From: Candidatus Undinarchaeales archaeon
GTDB lineage: Archaea > SpSt-1190 > JASMDC01
Reading direction: 5' to 3'
DNA length: 62,794 nt
Assembly (NCBI GenBank): GCA_030753015.1
Contig: JASMDC010000022.1
Location: 1-62,794 of the forward strand
The notes below the pieces were generated by a model, which had not been told where the DNA came from, made no database searches, and worked only from the letters and a program-made list of their open reading frames with translations. The translations under genes were made by a program, and so were the position numbers. Shown here piece after piece: positions 29,391 to 38,793 of this stretch (positions are counted from its first letter, which is position 1; every line of letters starts with the position of its first letter).

Positions 29391-30893
29391 GTGAGAGGGG
29401 GGACCGAGGATCTGGGAACGGCGCCTATCACACCGCTACTGTTACGATTGAGCTTGCCGAGCATCGTGGCCATGTTCGTGCAGTCGCTGTACAACGTAGT
29501 GGACACCTTTTGGATCGCCCGCCTGAGCGCTCTTGCTGTAGGGGGCTTGACCATCGTGTTCCCTCTACAAATGATCTTCGTTGCCCTGGGCGTGGGTTCG
29601 GGTGTGGGCCTCAACTCCTACATATCTCGGCGTTTCGGTGCCAAGGATCCTGAGGCAGCCTCCCTTGCGGCGGCGCAGGTGTTCTTCCTGGCCTCTTTCC
29701 TGGGATTCGCGGTCATCCTCGCCGCCCGCCTGCTCACCGATCCCGTGCTCTCGCTCTTTGGTGCCACCTCCGAGCTGCGCCCCATCGCCGCAAGCTACCT
29801 GCGTCTGGTGTGCTTCGGCGCTCCATTCCTCTTCTTCAACATGATGGCGAACAACCTCTTCCGCGCCCAGGGGGACGCGCTCAGGCCCATGCTCGTCATG
29901 CTCACGGGCGCCGTCACGAACATCATCCTCGATCCACTCCTCATCTTCGGATCCGACGGGCTCTCCATCCTCGGCACACACGGCGCGGCGGTGGGAGTGC
30001 GCGTTTCCTGGCTGCTGGGGGCCGTTGGCATGGGGCCGATCCCGGCCATGGGTGTCGAGGGCGCCGCCATCGCCACCACGTTCTCACAGATGCTGGGTTC
30101 GATGGTTTGCCTCTTCTTCCTCCTCAATCGCACGAGCTACACCTTCACGCGCCGTTCCATGTACCCCGACCTGGCGGTGCTTGTCAAGGTGTACGCTGTG
30201 GGAGCGCCGGCTGCGGTCATGCAGCTGATGATGAGCTTGGTCATCACCGTGTTCAACCACGTGCTGGGGGGGTTCGGGAACCTGGCCATCGCCGCCTTCG
30301 GCCTGGACTTCCGCATCATGAGCCTGTTCTTCATGCCCGTGTTCGGCCTGTCCCAGGGGCTGATGCCCATCGTGGGATTCAACTTCGGAGCCAAGCGGTA
30401 CGACAGGCTCTGGGAGGCCGTGCGTACTGCCACCTTCATCGCCATAGGCGTCGGTCTGCTCACCGTGATGGCGATGCAGCTCCTTGCCCGCCCCGTGCTC
30501 GTCCTCATCTCCAACGACGATGCACTCGTAGACATGGCTACCCCCGCCCTAAAGCTCCTGATCCTGTCCGTCCCCCTGGTCGCCATACAGGTAATGTGGC
30601 TCATAACCTACCAGGCCTTAGGTCGGGGCACGACGGCCCTCTTCCTCGGTGCCGTTCGCCAGATCGGCTTGCTCATACCCCTCCTCCTCATCCTCCCGGG
30701 TAGGTTCGGGGTGACGGGCGTATGGATGGCGATGCCCATGGCGGACCTCGGGGGTCTACTCGTGATGGTGTATGCTATCTACACGTTGAAGAGAGAGATG
30801 GGGAAAGGGAAGGATCGGGTGGAACCGGACGGCCCGTCCGAGGACAACGTGTCCGACGAATCCCAAGAGACCCTGGCCCCGAGTGAGCTTTAA
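29391..30893 (+). CDS. MATE-family efflux transporter
   Basis: YNVVD, NIILDPLLIFG, GVEGAAIAT and GFNFGA motifs. Confidence 0.93.
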   Translation: MRGGTEDLGTAPITPLLLRLSLPSIVAMFVQSLYNVVDTFWIARLSALAVGGLTIVFPLQMIFVALGVGSGVGLNSYISRRFGAKDPEAASLAAAQVFFLASFLGFAVILAARLLTDPVLSLFGATSELRPIAASYLRLVCFGAPFLFFNMMANNLFRAQGDALRPMLVMLTGAVTNIILDPLLIFGSDGLSILGTHGAAVGVRVSWLLGAVGMGPIPAMGVEGAAIATTFSQMLGSMVCLFFLLNRTSYTFTRRSMYPDLAVLVKVYAVGAPAAVMQLMMSLVITVFNHVLGGFGNLAIAAFGLDFRIMSLFFMPVFGLSQGLMPIVGFNFGAKRYDRLWEAVRTATFIAIGVGLLTVMAMQLLARPVLVLISNDDALVDMATPALKLLILSVPLVAIQVMWLITYQALGRGTTALFLGAVRQIGLLIPLLLILPGRFGVTGVWMAMPMADLGGLLVMVYAIYTLKREMGKGKDRVEPDGPSEDNVSDESQETLAPSEL

Positions 30894-30920
30894 TAAAGGA
30901 TGCACTCCCCCCGGAACGCT

Positions 30921-32300
30921 ATGCGACTGAGCTTCCACGGCGCGGCGAAAATCGTCACAGGTTCATGCTACCTGCTGGAGGTCGGTAAGGATAAGGTCCT
31001 CATCGATTGCGGGATGTTCCAAGGCCGGAAGGAGGTCACGCGTAAGAACTACGAGGGATTCGGCTTCGATCCCTCCCGCGTCACCGCTCTCATCCTCACA
31101 CACGCCCACATCGACCACTCAGGTCTCATCCCAAAGCTCGTCAAGGATGGTTTCAAGGGTACCATCTGGAGCACGGAGCCCACACATGACCTGTGTCAGA
31201 TCATGTTCGCGGACTCGGCCCATGTCATCGCCCGGGACACGGAGCACGAGAACCGGCGCCGCCAGCGCCAGAAGCTACCCCCTCGTCGTCCCCTTTATTC
31301 ATCAGAAGACGCGAAGGCCGCAGTGAAGCACTTCAAGCCCGTGGAGTACGACGAGGAGATCAGAGTGACCCGGAACATCCGGGCCCGCTTCAGGAACGCA
31401 GGCCATATCCTCGGCTCGGCCATCATCGAGCTGTGGGCCAATGAGGGGGACCGCGAGGTCAAGCTCGTGTTCTCAGGCGACCTCGGTCAGAGGAACGCAC
31501 CGCTGGTGAGAGATCCGACCATCATCGAGGATACCGACTACCTCATCGTCGAGTCGACGTACGGCGACCGGCTCCACGAGGGCGTCGAGGACCGGCGCCG
31601 CACCATGGCCCGTATCTTCCGTGAGACATACGATAGGGGAGGGCGGGTGATGATCCCGTCGTTCGCAGTGGAACGCACTCAGGAGCTCCTGTACGGGATG
31701 AACGAGCTCTTGCGCGACGGTGAGATGCCCGAAATGCTCGTATTCCTGGACAGCCCTCTTGCCATCAAGGCCACCAAAATCTTCTCGAAGCACACGGACT
31801 GGTTCGACCCGAAGAACATGGACGCGTTCGAGACGCCCTTCCGGTTCAAAGGGCTCGTGTTCACCCAGGCCACCGCCGACTCTGTGAGCCTGAATGAGTA
31901 CGACGAGCCGTGCGTGATCATCGCCGGGAGCGGGATGTGCACTGCTGGCCGGATCCGCCACCACATCCGCCACGGTATCGGCAATCCCCGCAACTCTGTG
32001 ATCTTCGTTGGGTTCCAGGCCGAAGGTACACTGGGCCATCACCTCCTCGACGGTGCCGAGACGATCCGTATGATGGGATACGAGTTCGACGTCAACGCCA
32101 AGATCGAGCAGATCGAGGGTTTTTCCGCCCACGCCGACTACAAGGACCTGGAACACTGGGTGTCCAGCTTTTCAAAGCCCCCACGGAAAGTGTTCATCGT
32201 CCACGGCGAGGAGCGGTCGGCAGTAGCGTTCAAGGAGCGGCTCGAGGAGCGTGACCTTACCTGTGCCATCCCCTCGATGGGCGACAAGGTCGACCTCTAG
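30921..32300 (+). CDS. MBL-fold beta-CASP ribonuclease
   Basis: THAHIDHSG, GHILGS, ESTYG, FAVERTQE, SAHAD and VHGE motifs. Confidence 0.93.
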   Translation: MRLSFHGAAKIVTGSCYLLEVGKDKVLIDCGMFQGRKEVTRKNYEGFGFDPSRVTALILTHAHIDHSGLIPKLVKDGFKGTIWSTEPTHDLCQIMFADSAHVIARDTEHENRRRQRQKLPPRRPLYSSEDAKAAVKHFKPVEYDEEIRVTRNIRARFRNAGHILGSAIIELWANEGDREVKLVFSGDLGQRNAPLVRDPTIIEDTDYLIVESTYGDRLHEGVEDRRRTMARIFRETYDRGGRVMIPSFAVERTQELLYGMNELLRDGEMPEMLVFLDSPLAIKATKIFSKHTDWFDPKNMDAFETPFRFKGLVFTQATADSVSLNEYDEPCVIIAGSGMCTAGRIRHHIRHGIGNPRNSVIFVGFQAEGTLGHHLLDGAETIRMMGYEFDVNAKIEQIEGFSAHADYKDLEHWVSSFSKPPRKVFIVHGEERSAVAFKERLEERDLTCAIPSMGDKVDL

Positions 32301-32366
32301 GGACGACCGCCGTTCCGGTCCGGAGAGAAACAAGTTATATATTCAGGTTCCGCTGCTTTCTTCAAC

Positions 32367-33197
32367 ATGTACGGGGTACAGGAGCTCGAGATTCACGTCG
32401 AGGACGGCCCCGAGGAAATGGAGCGGTACGTTGTCGACCATGGTGTTCGCGCCTTCGAGATAGCTACTTTCGACTATGAGGACAAGATCGACGAGCTCAT
32501 ATCGCTCAAGGAGCGGTACGGCATCTATATCTCGGCCCACGCTCCTCACCTCTACTCTAACGGTGTCGATCTCGCTACGAGCGACGAGTCCCTCCGCCAG
32601 TACAGCATCGAGGAGATCAAGAAGGCCGTGCTCATCGCCGAGCAGATCGGCTCCGAGACCCTGGTAACGCATATCGGCGTGTATGAGGACGACCGGGCAG
32701 ATGGCCTTGAGCGCACCATCGACTCGTACAACCAGATCGCCGCGTTCGCCAGCGAACATAACGTTGACGTGCTCGTCGAGAACCTCCCGTACAAGATGAT
32801 CGACAACAATGAGCAGGATACGGGACGTATCTACGTAGGCGCCACCATCGAGGAGCTCCGGGAGATCGCGGACCGTACCGGGCTCGGGCTCACCTACGAC
32901 GTGGGCCATCTTTTCGTCAGCTGCTTCTCACGCGGTACGGACTACTACGAGGAGGACGCGCGCGTGTGGGATGAACTGGGTGATGTCGTGAAACACGTCC
33001 ACCTCTACGACACCTGGCTCGAGGACCACGACAAGCACCAGCCCATCGGGAAGGCCGACATGGATGTGGAGCGCGTGGTCCAGACGATGAGGGATGCAGG
33101 GTACGAGGGCCGTGTCGTGCTTGAGATCGCCGGTAACATGGAAGAGCGGCTCGACTCCTACGAGAAGGCAGCGGAATATCTGGAGCGGGAAGAGTAG
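32367..33197 (+). CDS. Sugar phosphate isomerase/epimerase (AP endonuclease 2 TIM barrel) family
   Basis: HAP, THIG, VEN, DVGH, HVHLYD, H.PIG and VLE metal ligands. Confidence 0.85.
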   Translation: MYGVQELEIHVEDGPEEMERYVVDHGVRAFEIATFDYEDKIDELISLKERYGIYISAHAPHLYSNGVDLATSDESLRQYSIEEIKKAVLIAEQIGSETLVTHIGVYEDDRADGLERTIDSYNQIAAFASEHNVDVLVENLPYKMIDNNEQDTGRIYVGATIEELREIADRTGLGLTYDVGHLFVSCFSRGTDYYEEDARVWDELGDVVKHVHLYDTWLEDHDKHQPIGKADMDVERVVQTMRDAGYEGRVVLEIAGNMEERLDSYEKAAEYLEREE

Positions 33198-33245
33198 CGA
33201 GTCAGGTACGTCCCCTTTACGACAACATCGCGTTCGTCAGAGAGA

Positions 33246-34373
33246 CTAGTACATCTCGCCCAAGAGCGCTGTGAGCTCGGTGCGAGGTGCGCGCACGGTG
33301 ATGAGCCGGGTGTTGCCTCGCTGGCCCTTGCCGCTCAGACGCGAGGAGAGGATGCGCAGCGACTCTAGGTTCGCCAGGTACTTGCGGAAGGTACGTTCGG
33401 CGACTACCCCTCCCTTCTCCTTGTAGGCGCCGAACACAGTCCCCGTCGTGGCGGGCGTCGTGTCCTGCTCGGTGAGAGCGAGCACGGTGCGCAGGATGGC
33501 GCGTTCCTCATCGGTGATCCCTTGGAGGTCCAGCTTGAGACGAGCGCTCCGCACTCTGCCCAGGACGGCCTTGACATGATCGGCACCAACACGGTCGGTA
33601 CCCGCACGCTCTGCCTCACGACCGGCCTTGAGCAGGCAGTCTAGTCCCAGCCGAACGTCACCGCCGCTCTCGGCGGTGAACCTTGCGACCACGCCCACGA
33701 TCGCGGGATCGCAGGCACCGGGGAGGAAGGCCATGCGCGCGCGTTCGCCCAGGATGTCCTTCAGCTCATCGTACCCGTAGGCAGCGAAGGCCACCTCCTC
33801 GTAACTGAGCGAGGACCGGACCCTCGCATCGAAGTTGCGGAAGGCGTAGGGATCGTTCGAGATGAGGATGAGACCAAGGTTCACCTCGGAGCGGAGGAGA
33901 TCGTAGAGCACATCGCCCTCCTTGCCTGCCAACCGGTCCACCTCGTCCAGGGCGATGACGTAACCGTCGGCCTTCCTGTCCAAGCGGTAGAGGAGCCGGT
34001 CGTACACCTCGTCCGTGGAGAGACCCTGACGGGGGACTATCTCCCCGAGAGCCGTGAGGAGCTCGACGAGCACACCGTGCCTGGTATTCTTGCTCCAGCA
34101 ATTGAGGTAGAGCACCTTGACGCTGGAGGTCTGGTCGCCCATGTGGGTGAGCACCGTCCTGGTCACAGCGGTCTTTCCGATCCCAGGAGCCCCGTGAAGG
34201 AACACGTGGACAGGACGCCCCCCGCTGATGAGCGGGCTGACACAGTCCGCCACGACGTGCATCTCGTTCTCTCTATGCGGAAGCTCGTCCGGCAAGAAGT
34301 CGTGGAGGAGCACATGGTCTCCGTCGTCGCCGCGGAACACACCGCGCTCCGGTCCGTCGAACAGGTTCCTCAC
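33246..34373 (-). CDS. cdc6: Orc1/Cdc6 replication initiator
   Basis: LPHRENE, Walker A GAPGIGKT, Walker B LDEVD, GDVR sensor and C-terminal winged helix (GQRGNTR). The GTG start overlaps the upstream stop. Confidence 0.93.
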   Translation of the reverse strand: MRNLFDGPERGVFRGDDGDHVLLHDFLPDELPHRENEMHVVADCVSPLISGGRPVHVFLHGAPGIGKTAVTRTVLTHMGDQTSSVKVLYLNCWSKNTRHGVLVELLTALGEIVPRQGLSTDEVYDRLLYRLDRKADGYVIALDEVDRLAGKEGDVLYDLLRSEVNLGLILISNDPYAFRNFDARVRSSLSYEEVAFAAYGYDELKDILGERARMAFLPGACDPAIVGVVARFTAESGGDVRLGLDCLLKAGREAERAGTDRVGADHVKAVLGRVRSARLKLDLQGITDEERAILRTVLALTEQDTTPATTGTVFGAYKEKGGVVAERTFRKYLANLESLRILSSRLSGKGQRGNTRLITVRAPRTELTALLGEMY

Positions 34374-34990
34374 AACTGCATCCCTCCGGGGACGTCGACG
34401 ACGGTGGTCACGTACCGGATGATGCCGGTGTCCGAGGTCGCGACCACCCAGTTCGTGCGTCCTAGGCGACGCATGCTCGCGTCCACATCCTTTAAAACCT
34501 TGACCTTGCCGGCGAGCCCTTTCCCCGTCAGCACGTTCCGTGCCAGGGAAGCGAGGTCGCCGCTCCTGCTCACCTGAGCGTCCAAGAGGAACCGTACCTG
34601 AGCCACGTGGTTCTCGGCCAGGAACCGTACGATGCATGCGAGGGCGGGCCGTGTGTCGTCGCTGACGCGGTACTTACCGTACACACCACGGGCGTCCCGC
34701 CACAATCCGTCATCGCTCAGGAACGCATCGCCAGCGAGTCGGGCCTCGCAGGTGATGAGCACGTTGTAGAGGTCCACCGCGACCCGCCTGCACTCAAGGT
34801 CCTTCGGAAGAAGCATCTTACCCTCGACCGACGTCACCCATCCCCGAGGGAACACGCGGCGTCGGAGAACGTTGGAGGCCTCAGCCGGTAGTAGATGCCG
34901 CTCACCAACGAGCCGCAAGGCTGAAGCTGGATTGTAGCCCCTGTCGAGCATATAGCGGTACTCCTCGACGGCGGCCTCGGGTACCTCCAT
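34370..34990 (-). CDS. DUF434 (PIN-like) protein
   Basis: LDRGY...VGERH.L, VDLYNVLIT, DG..RD, SRSG and ATSD motifs. Confidence 0.8.
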   Translation of the reverse strand: MEVPEAAVEEYRYMLDRGYNPASALRLVGERHLLPAEASNVLRRRVFPRGWVTSVEGKMLLPKDLECRRVAVDLYNVLITCEARLAGDAFLSDDGLWRDARGVYGKYRVSDDTRPALACIVRFLAENHVAQVRFLLDAQVSRSGDLASLARNVLTGKGLAGKVKVLKDVDASMRRLGRTNWVVATSDTGIIRYVTTVVDVPGGMQL

Positions 34991-35061
34991 GGGAGGATAT
35001 GAGGGGCGCAAACCTTAAGAAAACGGCGATGGCCGGGCCCACGTCATACCACTCCATGCCT

Positions 35062-35360
35062 GTGAACTACCCCTCTCCAAGTAGAGGCTTCCCGCTTCGA
35101 CGCTGTTTCCAGCTCCACGGGCGCATCGGGTGGTCCCCACCCTGAGCGATCCTGAATCACGGTCTATCGTCAGCCCGAGGGTGATCCGGCCCAGACCATC
35201 GATGGCAACGTTCAGAACTCCTTCCGTTACCAGACAGGGTCGAGGCATCTGCGCATCCACGTACACGTGAACCTCTCTATGAACGCTCCGTGTTATGAGC
35301 ATCCCTCACCTTGCCCCTGGAAGATCCCTACCCCGACCGATCAGCCAGCATTCTCAGCTT
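35062..35360 (-). mobile_element. Decayed, internally deleted IS200/IS605-type tnpB remnant with recognisable right end/omegaRNA
   Basis: Minus strand ends GAAGCGGGAAGCCTCTACTTGGAGAGGGGTAGTTCAC. Remnant peptides GKVR.LITR, VAIDGLGRITL (RuvC-I-like) and GLTIDRD...LRVGTTR (TnpB C-terminus-like). Left boundary approximate. Confidence 0.6.
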
Positions 35361-35489
35361 TACTCATCGTGGACCGGATGTGAGTTCTCTAGGACGCGAC
35401 CGCTGTCGACATTATTCAGTGATCGTCCTTGACATCCACACCCAATAAATAGTAGGTCATTCATCATTATATATGCCATGGCGGTGGCG

Positions 35490-35700
35490 TGCCAGTATTC
35501 AATATTTTACTGAAATATTAATCAGTAATTAATACTATTTTAGTACTAAGTTTGGGATCGCATGTTTATTGTATGCGTGTTCGCCCACCTTCGGCGGTAT
35601 GCGATCCGTCCCATGGTCTAAATATCATGTACAGCCATGTATGTTTACCGTCTAGCTCCATCCTTTCCCTCTCGGAAGGGGACTTCCCGCCAAAATAAAA
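35490..35700. other. AT-rich intergenic region with inverted repeats; candidate replication origin or regulatory region
   Basis: Strongly AT-rich tract 35495-35553, TTACTGA-N8-TCAGTAA and GGATCGCAT...ATGCGATCC repeats; ~0.5 kb upstream of the DUF434-cdc6 pair. Confidence 0.3.
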
Positions 35701-35735
35701 AAGAGTTAAATTGGATGAACGACCGATAGACGACT

Positions 35736-36083
35736 ATGGCGAAGAAGGCTGCGCCCGTGGTCGACCTGGCTAAGAACCTAGGCATGGAGCTCCTCAAAGC
35801 CAAGGATGAGCTGGAGAGACTAAACATAGGTCAGGGAAAGCAACGGATCATCAAATCCACTGTCCTCGTCAACGAGCTCGAAAAGGAGCTTCTGGACCTC
35901 CTCTACTACATGGACGACGTCCACAAGGATGTCCTCCGCATGGTCGGCCTTCTCAGCAAGATCTACGAGAAGGTGGAGCGTGAACGCTACAAGGACATCA
36001 AGAACTACCGCCACGAGCTCAAGCACGAACTGGAATCGATCGGCAAGCACTTCGAGCAAGTGGAAAAGACCATCACCGGGTAG
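35736..36083 (+). CDS. Helical/coiled-coil hypothetical protein
   Basis: L/E/K-rich ORF with strong codon bias. Confidence 0.7.
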   Translation: MAKKAAPVVDLAKNLGMELLKAKDELERLNIGQGKQRIIKSTVLVNELEKELLDLLYYMDDVHKDVLRMVGLLSKIYEKVERERYKDIKNYRHELKHELESIGKHFEQVEKTITG

Positions 36084-36148
36084 CTATCTTCAGAGCTCAC
36101 GCTCACTAATATGGTGTTTGGTGTCCTTAGCCAGAACCTGCAGCGTCT

Positions 36149-36415
36149 CTAGACGATATCTTCCTCGGAGACGATAACGAAGTCGCCGATGGAGATTACC
36201 GCCGAGAAGGGTATCTTGATGATGCCCTCCTTACCGCTGACGATGACGGACTTGGAGTAATCGCTGGGATTGGCCACGATGACATCGATGAGCTCCCCGG
36301 TTCGGGGCTCGAACCGGATATCGCCCACGCGCCCGAACTTCCGTCCCGTCTTGCTGACGATTGTCTTCCCTATCAGATCGCGGGACCTCTTCCTGTCTCC
36401 CAGTTCGTCCGCCAT
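36149..36415 (-). CDS. PRC-barrel domain protein (CdpB-like)
   Basis: LIGK.IVS..G..FG.V.DI and IPFSAV.SIGDFVIV motifs. Confidence 0.88.
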   Translation of the reverse strand: MADELGDRKRSRDLIGKTIVSKTGRKFGRVGDIRFEPRTGELIDVIVANPSDYSKSVIVSGKEGIIKIPFSAVISIGDFVIVSEEDIV

Positions 36416-36482
36416 TGTGACTATCCTCGGGAGCGGGAAGGGAGGCATATTTTAAAAAGGTATTCCCCGCGGCACCCGGCCG

Positions 36483-37190
36483 TCACACCATGAAGAACGT
36501 GGCGGTGTATGCCCCGGTAAGGGTCGCAAGGAAGTTCACGATCTCGTTTGTGACCAGGCCGCGCTGTTCCAGAGTGGCACCTAGGATACTATCCAGGTTG
36601 CACCCCGCGAAGGCCCCGAGAAGGGCCACGCCCATCACACGTGGAGGATCGGGAAGGCCGAGAAGCACGCCCACAACACCGATAATGAAACCACCCGTAA
36701 GGCACGCTGCCTCCCCCAACAGGGAAATTCCGCCGTCGGTACCTCGCTCCACCCGCTGGAGCGTAGTGATGAGGTAGGGTTCGCTCGTGCTCAGCACGCC
36801 CAGCTCCGAGGCGAGCGTGTCGCCCATGGCCGCCGCGACGGAACCCACGAACACAAGGTGGAGGTCCGCAACACCGTACACCTTGCCCAGAACGGCTATG
36901 ATGGTGGGGGCCAGGCCGTTGGCCATTACGTTGCGACTCTGTCGCGTTCCGCCCTTTTCCTCCGCCACCCAGAGCTTGCGTTTTCGCGCATAGCGGTACT
37001 TGGTGGCGAGCGTCGAGGTGAGGACGAAGGTGATCATCACAACCACCCACTGGAATCCCTGGGTGCTCCACACCAGGAAGCCCATCACCCCGGCGAAGAA
37101 AGAGCCGTTGGTATCCAGCACGCCACTGGAGCGCACCACCAGAGAGAGGAGAGCACAGGCGACGAGCCTCAGGACGGGTTCGATCCACAA
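36483..37190 (-). CDS. DUF92 family membrane protein
   Basis: NVMANG, DTLASELG, GTDGGIS, DSILGATL and VNFL motifs. Confidence 0.9.
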   Translation of the reverse strand: MWIEPVLRLVACALLSLVVRSSGVLDTNGSFFAGVMGFLVWSTQGFQWVVVMITFVLTSTLATKYRYARKRKLWVAEEKGGTRQSRNVMANGLAPTIIAVLGKVYGVADLHLVFVGSVAAAMGDTLASELGVLSTSEPYLITTLQRVERGTDGGISLLGEAACLTGGFIIGVVGVLLGLPDPPRVMGVALLGAFAGCNLDSILGATLEQRGLVTNEIVNFLATLTGAYTATFFMV

Positions 37191-37555
37191 AGCCAGGATA
37201 TCACCTCCTCGACATCGTCACCCTCCATCTCGACCTCCAGTGGGCCCATGACGCTGGAACCCAGGTTCACATGTGAGGCGAATGCTGCGAGCCTGTTGAG
37301 CTCGAACCGCAGGATCTGTCCTTCAAGACGTCGCTCGAGCGCAGCTGCCACTGCGGAGCCGGTGCGCTGTACAAGTACCAGTTCTCTAAAGCGCATGAGA
37401 GCTCCACGGCCCGAGGCGGTGGCGCGTACCTCATCCTCCCCGACATCGATCTCAGCAGAGGGAAAGATCTTGCTCACCGCAAGGGCGACCTTCTTGGGAT
37501 CCTCGGTGGGACCTACTTCAGCCCTGATACTAATCGAAGGGGACGCCGAGTGCAT
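37169..37555 (-). CDS. DUF54 putative RNA-binding protein
   Basis: PTED..KV..A...IFP and LNR.AA motifs; typical neighbour of the archaeal kinase gene. Start uncertain. Confidence 0.8.
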   Translation of the reverse strand: MHSASPSISIRAEVGPTEDPKKVALAVSKIFPSAEIDVGEDEVRATASGRGALMRFRELVLVQRTGSAVAAALERRLEGQILRFELNRLAAFASHVNLGSSVMGPLEVEMEGDDVEEVISWLCGSNPS

Positions 37556-38096
37556 TCAGCACCTCCCGGAAACGGCCATGAAGCTCCTCGTGGGAACCCT
37601 CGTTCACGATCATTCGGTCTGCGGTCGCGATGGCCTCACCCAGCCCCCAGGAGAGCTCGCGGGCGTCCTTGGCATCGAACGCCTCGCGCGAGATTGCATC
37701 GTCCTCCCGCTGACGGGCCTGCACACGGGAATACCGCGTATCAGGGGCACAGTGAACGGCGATGAGTGTGAACAGCGGGAACGTCCGGCGGAACTCGCGC
37801 ACCTCTGCGATGCCCCGGACGCCGTTGATGATGACCACTGGCTCCGAACTTCGTGTGAGCCGCTCACCCAGGAGGAGGGCTATGGCACCCTTCCCGTGCT
37901 TGGCGCGGAGCTGGTTGGCCATGGCACCGACACTCTCGGCGGTGACCTCGGCCCCCTGCTCGTGCAGGTGCTCGATTACCACGTCACCCATGCGAAAGAT
38001 TGGGACCTTCCCTCGAACGAGTTCGAGAGCTGCATCCTTACCGCTAGCAGGCATCCCCGTCAGGGCGATGACTAGTTGATCCTGCTTCCCGGGCAC
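37530..38096 (-). CDS. Archaeal P-loop kinase (UPF0200, dephospho-CoA-kinase-like)
   Basis: TGMPASGK, MGD, GVR...EV, RED, D.REL.WG and AD..IVNEG motifs. Confidence 0.85.
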   Translation of the reverse strand: MPGKQDQLVIALTGMPASGKDAALELVRGKVPIFRMGDVVIEHLHEQGAEVTAESVGAMANQLRAKHGKGAIALLLGERLTRSSEPVVIINGVRGIAEVREFRRTFPLFTLIAVHCAPDTRYSRVQARQREDDAISREAFDAKDARELSWGLGEAIATADRMIVNEGSHEELHGRFREVLNALGVPFD

Positions 38097-38752
38097 TCCT
38101 TCCCCCTCACGGTGGTTATGATGTTCACGGTGTCGCGTCCGTCCACGACATAGGTGCACAATCCCGAGCGCGATATGACCTGGGCGGCCAGCAGGTCGGT
38201 GACCGCGGACACTCCCGCCACCATGTCCCCCTTCGAGACTATCTCCAGCAGACGTTCGCCGGTAAGACTGGGGATGAAAGCGGCCTCGGGATTCTTCTTA
38301 GGATCTGCGGTGTACACACCGCCCACGTCCTTGCACAGTACTAAAGCGTCGGCACCCACGTACTCCGCAAGGAGAGCGGCCACCGCATCCGTCGTGTGGC
38401 CGGGCACCGTCCCGCCCATTACCACCACACGTCCGTTCATCGCGGCCGCAGCGGCCCCTTCGATGGAGGTCGGGGGCGAACGTTGGGCGACGTCACCGAG
38501 TGCAGCGATGACGAACCGGGCGTTGGCCCTGGTCACATCGATAGCAATTATGTCGCAGTAAGCATCGGGCGCTCCAAGTGAGCGCGCCCCGTCGATGTAT
38601 TGGCGAGCTACATGGCCTCCCCCTACGACGACGTAAACCTCCGCGTCCTTGGCAATCTCCTTGAGAGCATCTGCTAACCGTCGGGCAAGGTCCACGTCGG
38701 GACCGTCAGGGGCAAGCACCGAACCGCCCACCTTGATGACGTACCGGGCCAT
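38072..38752 (-). CDS. pyrH: UMP kinase
   Basis: KVGGS, VGGG..AR.YI, GGT.PGHTTD and YTADPK motifs. Confidence 0.95.
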   Translation of the reverse strand: MARYVIKVGGSVLAPDGPDVDLARRLADALKEIAKDAEVYVVVGGGHVARQYIDGARSLGAPDAYCDIIAIDVTRANARFVIAALGDVAQRSPPTSIEGAAAAAMNGRVVVMGGTVPGHTTDAVAALLAEYVGADALVLCKDVGGVYTADPKKNPEAAFIPSLTGERLLEIVSKGDMVAGVSAVTDLLAAQVISRSGLCTYVVDGRDTVNIITTVRGKECPGSRIN

Positions 38753-38793
38753 TATGCGCACCGAAACGGCTATAACACCTTGTCTTTTTAAAT

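Noticed and set aside
35020-35340. SRP RNA or RNase P RNA
   Set aside because: A GGAA-containing stretch is present, but the SRP helix 8 symmetric loop and RNase P P4 signatures are absent; a tnpB right end fits better.
35780-35789. Local target of the putative omegaRNA guide (AGGCATGGAG match)
   Set aside because: Only 10 nt match, similar matches occur elsewhere (e.g. ~14701), and there is no convincing TAM; consistent with chance.
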